A stretch of DNA of 63,709 bases, the filler included, from Lama guanicoe (taxonomy: Eukaryota), in assembly GCA_013239625.1 (NCBI GenBank). It is 177 parts of 177 records of this genome, joined end to end, with 100 filler letters (N's around TTAATTAATTAA, not from the genome) between each part and the next. Parts side by side here need not be neighbours in the genome. Positions count along the whole stretch, not along the records: positions 59,478 to 59,738 come from PNXV01050136.1; positions 59,839 to 60,099 come from PNXV01050137.1; positions 60,200 to 60,460 come from PNXV01050138.1; positions 60,561 to 60,821 come from PNXV01050139.1; positions 60,922 to 61,182 come from PNXV01050140.1; positions 61,283 to 61,543 come from PNXV01050141.1; positions 61,644 to 61,904 come from PNXV01050142.1; positions 62,005 to 62,265 come from PNXV01050143.1; 169 more parts are not named here. One strand, 5' to 3'. The notes below the pieces were generated by a model. It made no database searches and was not told the DNA's origin. It saw only the letters and a list, made by a program, of their open reading frames with translations. The position numbers and the translations under genes were made by a program. Below, one piece after another: positions 59,378 through 63,709 of this stretch (its first letter is position 1; every line of letters starts with the position of its first letter).

Positions 59378-62004
59378 NNNNNNNNNNNNNNNNNNNNNNN
59401 NNNNNNNNNNNNNNNNNNNNNTTAATTAATTAANNNNNNNNNNNNNNNNNNNNNNNNNNNNNNNNNNNNNNNNNNNNAAATTGCTTTTGGTGAGTCTATT
59501 AAATCAGTTAGTGAGGCTTAAAGTGTTAAAACAAATCTACATCAACCCAGATTGCAGCCATTAAGCTCATGGGTTTATTTAGTGGCATAAAATAGCACTT
59601 CGCAAAATCTGTTCTAAACTAACATTTGCTAATAAAAACAGGACCGAGATTATTCTGAGTTTCTATACGTCTTATAACCAGATGACAAGTGGGACTTCCA
59701 CTGCCGCCCCTCCCCGCTTCCCTGACCATGAACGTGGGNNNNNNNNNNNNNNNNNNNNNNNNNNNNNNNNNNNNNNNNNNNNTTAATTAATTAANNNNNN
59801 NNNNNNNNNNNNNNNNNNNNNNNNNNNNNNNNNNNNNNGTTGGTCCCTGACCTGGCTCCCTGCTCAGCTGCTGCCCTCTCCACCAGGATGACTGCAGCTG
59901 CCCTCCCACTGGGCTCCAGCCCCACGCTGGTCCATCCTCCACACCTCCTCTGTAGAGTGCATCCCAAATGCGGATGCATCGTTCCTCATCCAAAACCCTG
60001 TAATGCTGCCTGGGCACCCCTCTCTGAGGGCACGTCCACCCCAGCCAAGGCTAGGCTTGCAGCTGCCTGACTGTGCTCAAAGGTTCACACCTTATCTTCN
60101 NNNNNNNNNNNNNNNNNNNNNNNNNNNNNNNNNNNNNNNNNNNTTAATTAATTAANNNNNNNNNNNNNNNNNNNNNNNNNNNNNNNNNNNNNNNNNNNNA
60201 ACTGTGTGCCCAGCACGTGCTGGTGCCAGTGCTCAGGATAAGTGACAACGTGTGATCTGACCTTCAAAGTCTCTTGCCTGACGCACAGAGTGCAGAATTT
60301 GTTGGAAGGAGGAAGGAAAAGGGAAGAAGAAGAGGGGAGAGTGGGTTGGACTTGGGTCCAAGTCAGTCCTGTGAATCCATTCTCTCCAGGTCACCAAGCC
60401 TAGGTCATAAGCAAACATGTCACAGATCATGTAAAGGGGGCAACTCTGTTGTAGGGAAAANNNNNNNNNNNNNNNNNNNNNNNNNNNNNNNNNNNNNNNN
60501 NNNNTTAATTAATTAANNNNNNNNNNNNNNNNNNNNNNNNNNNNNNNNNNNNNNNNNNNNAGTTCAACTACCTGACCACAATTGTAATAGGAAATAGAAA
60601 CAATGACAAAAAGAACCTGCTATCACCATTGTCAAAAAATTAATTCCCATAAAAATCAGATTTTTCATCAGGATTCAGTTTGCTACTGAAGATAAAAATA
60701 AAATTATGACATTTTATATATATATATACATATATATATATGTATATATATACATAAAAATATGTATATATATATATATATATAAGGTATATATATATCT
60801 TTTAAAAAGATTCTCACCAAGNNNNNNNNNNNNNNNNNNNNNNNNNNNNNNNNNNNNNNNNNNNNTTAATTAATTAANNNNNNNNNNNNNNNNNNNNNNN
60901 NNNNNNNNNNNNNNNNNNNNNTGTAGTTCTCAGACAATGTAGTTGCTCCAGGAGCCTTTGTAAGGTTATTCTGAAGACTCCTCATAACCAAAAGCTGTTT
61001 CTTCACTGAGAACCAAGAAAAAAATGTCCATGACCCCAGAATAACTTTCTTTTTTATGAGAATATATTTCTCTTTTGACTATAACTTTAATTAAACTCTA
61101 TTAACTTTAATTTAATTTAAGCTATTTAAATAGTTCAAGTGCTATTGAACTCAAAGAACATGAGTTTTGTTTGTTTTTTTTTNNNNNNNNNNNNNNNNNN
61201 NNNNNNNNNNNNNNNNNNNNNNNNNNTTAATTAATTAANNNNNNNNNNNNNNNNNNNNNNNNNNNNNNNNNNNNNNNNNNNNATATAAAAGAACTACCGG
61301 AAGACAATAGAGGATGAATAAAATCAGCTCGGTATTAGAGGAGCATTAGCATTTAGAAGAGAAGAGCATGGACTAAGTCTCCATTTTTTACTTCTGTTTA
61401 AGGTAGCTGGAATTCAGATAGAAGCCCAGGCTTTACTATCATGGAGAATTAGAGGACAGACTTCACTGCAAATCCAGATACTAGAAAAGGAGGAGTGAAT
61501 CTCAGAAATGAGAGATCCAGTGAAAGGGAACCCAAATTCTGTGNNNNNNNNNNNNNNNNNNNNNNNNNNNNNNNNNNNNNNNNNNNNTTAATTAATTAAN
61601 NNNNNNNNNNNNNNNNNNNNNNNNNNNNNNNNNNNNNNNNNNNATTTTATTTTATTTTATTATTTTATTCTTGTGGTTTCCGGTGTCCTTTTTCCAATAT
61701 CATTAAATGAAAAAGAAATATCCTTTCCTCCCAGTTTATTATTGGCATTTTTGTCAAAAACTACTTTCGGTGAAAGTTTACTTGCTGGTTCTCTAGTCTG
61801 TTCCCTTGATCTATGCATCTGTCTTGATTTTATTACTTTGTAATATAATATGAAATTAGGAAGTATATTGCCTCGAACTTTGTTCTTCTTGCTCAATTTT
61901 TTTTNNNNNNNNNNNNNNNNNNNNNNNNNNNNNNNNNNNNNNNNNNNNTTAATTAATTAANNNNNNNNNNNNNNNNNNNNNNNNNNNNNNNNNNNNNNNN
62001 NNNN

Positions 62005-62626
62005 CAATAGAAAACTTTCAGTGGTAGCTTTGCCCAAAACCCTGCCTTCTCAGAACCTGTGCAACAGTGCCCCCTAATGGTCTCTGATCCAGGGCACCCT
62101 GGCCCCTCTGTCACCACCCAGCACTCCTGGAGGGAAGACAAATTTGGCACGTGTATCAATGTCATCTTATTCACCAAACGAGTATACGGAGGAGGCTCCT
62201 CCACTGGGTTTGGAACTGAGACATTAACCATCTAGATCATTTCTAGACAGTGAATGCCCTCCAGGNNNNNNNNNNNNNNNNNNNNNNNNNNNNNNNNNNN
62301 NNNNNNNNNTTAATTAATTAANNNNNNNNNNNNNNNNNNNNNNNNNNNNNNNNNNNNNNNNNNNNCAATAGAAAACTTTCAGTGGTAGCTTTGCCCAAAA
62401 CCCTGCCTTCTCAGGACCTGTGCAACACTGCCCCCTACTGGTCTCTGATCCAGGGCCCCCCAGCCCCTCTGTCACCACCCAGCACTCCTGGAGGGAAGAC
62501 AAATCTGGCACGAGTATCAGTGTCATCTTATTCGCCAAAAGAGTACATGGAGGAGGCTCCTCCACTGGGTTTGGAATTGAGACATTAACCATCTAGATCA
62601 TTTCTAGACAGTGAATGCCCTCCAGG
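62005..62626. repeat. Two paralogous contigs (62005-62265 and 62366-62626)
   Basis: Same ends, 14 substitutions, and exactly 49 identical bases at each end. Confidence 0.95.
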
Positions 62627-62726
62627 NNNNNNNNNNNNNNNNNNNNNNNNNNNNNNNNNNNNNNNNNNNNTTAATTAATTAANNNNNNNNNNNNNNNNNN
62701 NNNNNNNNNNNNNNNNNNNNNNNNNN

Positions 62727-62987
62727 ATGATAAAGGGGGCAACTCCCCAAGAAGACGTAATAGTCCTTAAGGTATATGTGCCTTACAACAGAGTTTCAAC
62801 ATACATGAGACAAAAACTAACAGAAATTCAAAAAGAAATGGATACATTCACCACTGTAGTTGGGGACTTTCACACCCCTGTGCCTGACAGTTCCAGCAGA
62901 GAGAGAAGTAGGAAGGACACCACTGAACTGAACACCATAATCGATGAACAGCATCTAGTTGACATTTGTAGACTGCTTCACCCAGCC
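62727..62987 (+). mobile_element. Old L1 ORF2 endonuclease fragment
   Basis: MIKG..QED..VYVPYNR..YMRQKLTEIQ..VGDFHTP..LVDICRLLHP. Confidence 0.88.
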
Positions 62988-63709
62988 NNNNNNNNNNNNN
63001 NNNNNNNNNNNNNNNNNNNNNNNNNNNNNNNTTAATTAATTAANNNNNNNNNNNNNNNNNNNNNNNNNNNNNNNNNNNNNNNNNNNNTTAATTCAAATAT
63101 TAAAAGTTAATTCAAATTTTAAAATTTAATTGAAATCCATTCGGAATTTTCAATTTCAAGGTATTTTAAATTCGCTCAAGAAATTTAATTTTAAATTTCA
63201 GAATTATTTTAAAATTACAAAATTTTTAAAAGTCAATTAGAAATGTCATAGTGGACAAATTCTTCAACCCTGTGCCTTCATTTCGAGCAACGCTTTCTGA
63301 GACCATAATGAGGAGGTGGCCCATTCCAGCTTTCCCATGGGACGATACNNNNNNNNNNNNNNNNNNNNNNNNNNNNNNNNNNNNNNNNNNNNTTAATTAA
63401 TTAANNNNNNNNNNNNNNNNNNNNNNNNNNNNNNNNNNNNNNNNNNNNGTAATAGAAATTTTTAAAGACTTAAAAATTTGATTTTGGATAAGAATTACAT
63501 TATCACTAATTTCAATGAGAGGAAACTCTTTTTTGTTAAAAGTAACAGTACAGGATTTTGCCCTTTATTTAGGGAAAGCTAACTGCCATCTGCAATTTAG
63601 AATGGTTTCAATTCTGTTGATAGAGGCACTTAAAAAAAATACAGTCATACATTTGCAACGAAAGCAATCACTAAAAGGCAGCAAGACACTGAAACAACAG
63701 TTTACTCAA

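Noticed and set aside
61953..62592. Conserved 92-aa minus-strand ORF in both duplicate contigs
   Set aside because: Most substitutions between the copies change amino acids, no domain is recognisable, and the ORF ends in the linker.
62727..62987. Domesticated L1 endonuclease because the frame is open
   Set aside because: Conserved residues are eroded (GDFN to GDFH, with a deletion after TP). A short open stretch among many L1 fragments is expected by chance.

Overview
This window is not a contiguous locus. It is about 177 unrelated mini-contigs of 259-261 bp, each joined by an artificial 100-bp spacer (44 N + TTAATTAATTAA + 44 N). Neighbouring pieces have no biological linkage, and most entries in the ORF track (those ending in X...LIN) are spacer artefacts. 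The DNA is mammalian and very likely camelid (alpaca, llama or camel), based on tRNA-Ala-like vic-1-type SINEs. Much of it is L1, L2, MIR, MER, MaLR and ERV debris. Recognisable gene pieces are the GPS1/RFNG head-to-head starts, a complete CA5B exon, a B3GALNT2 exon, a TARM1-like 36-nt signal exon, a KRAB-B exon, ZNF622, an OR4-family receptor and a diverged open TRIP11-like GRAB domain. There are also KPNA2, FTL and MAGE-A pseudogene pieces and an intact betaretroviral RNase H frame. Gene names come from my recall of known proteins, not from a database search. I find no evidence of a new multi-gene system, and the layout could not show one. The best leads are the TRIP11-like copy, the ERV RNase H, and an unassigned Cys/His-rich open frame at 56590-56850.
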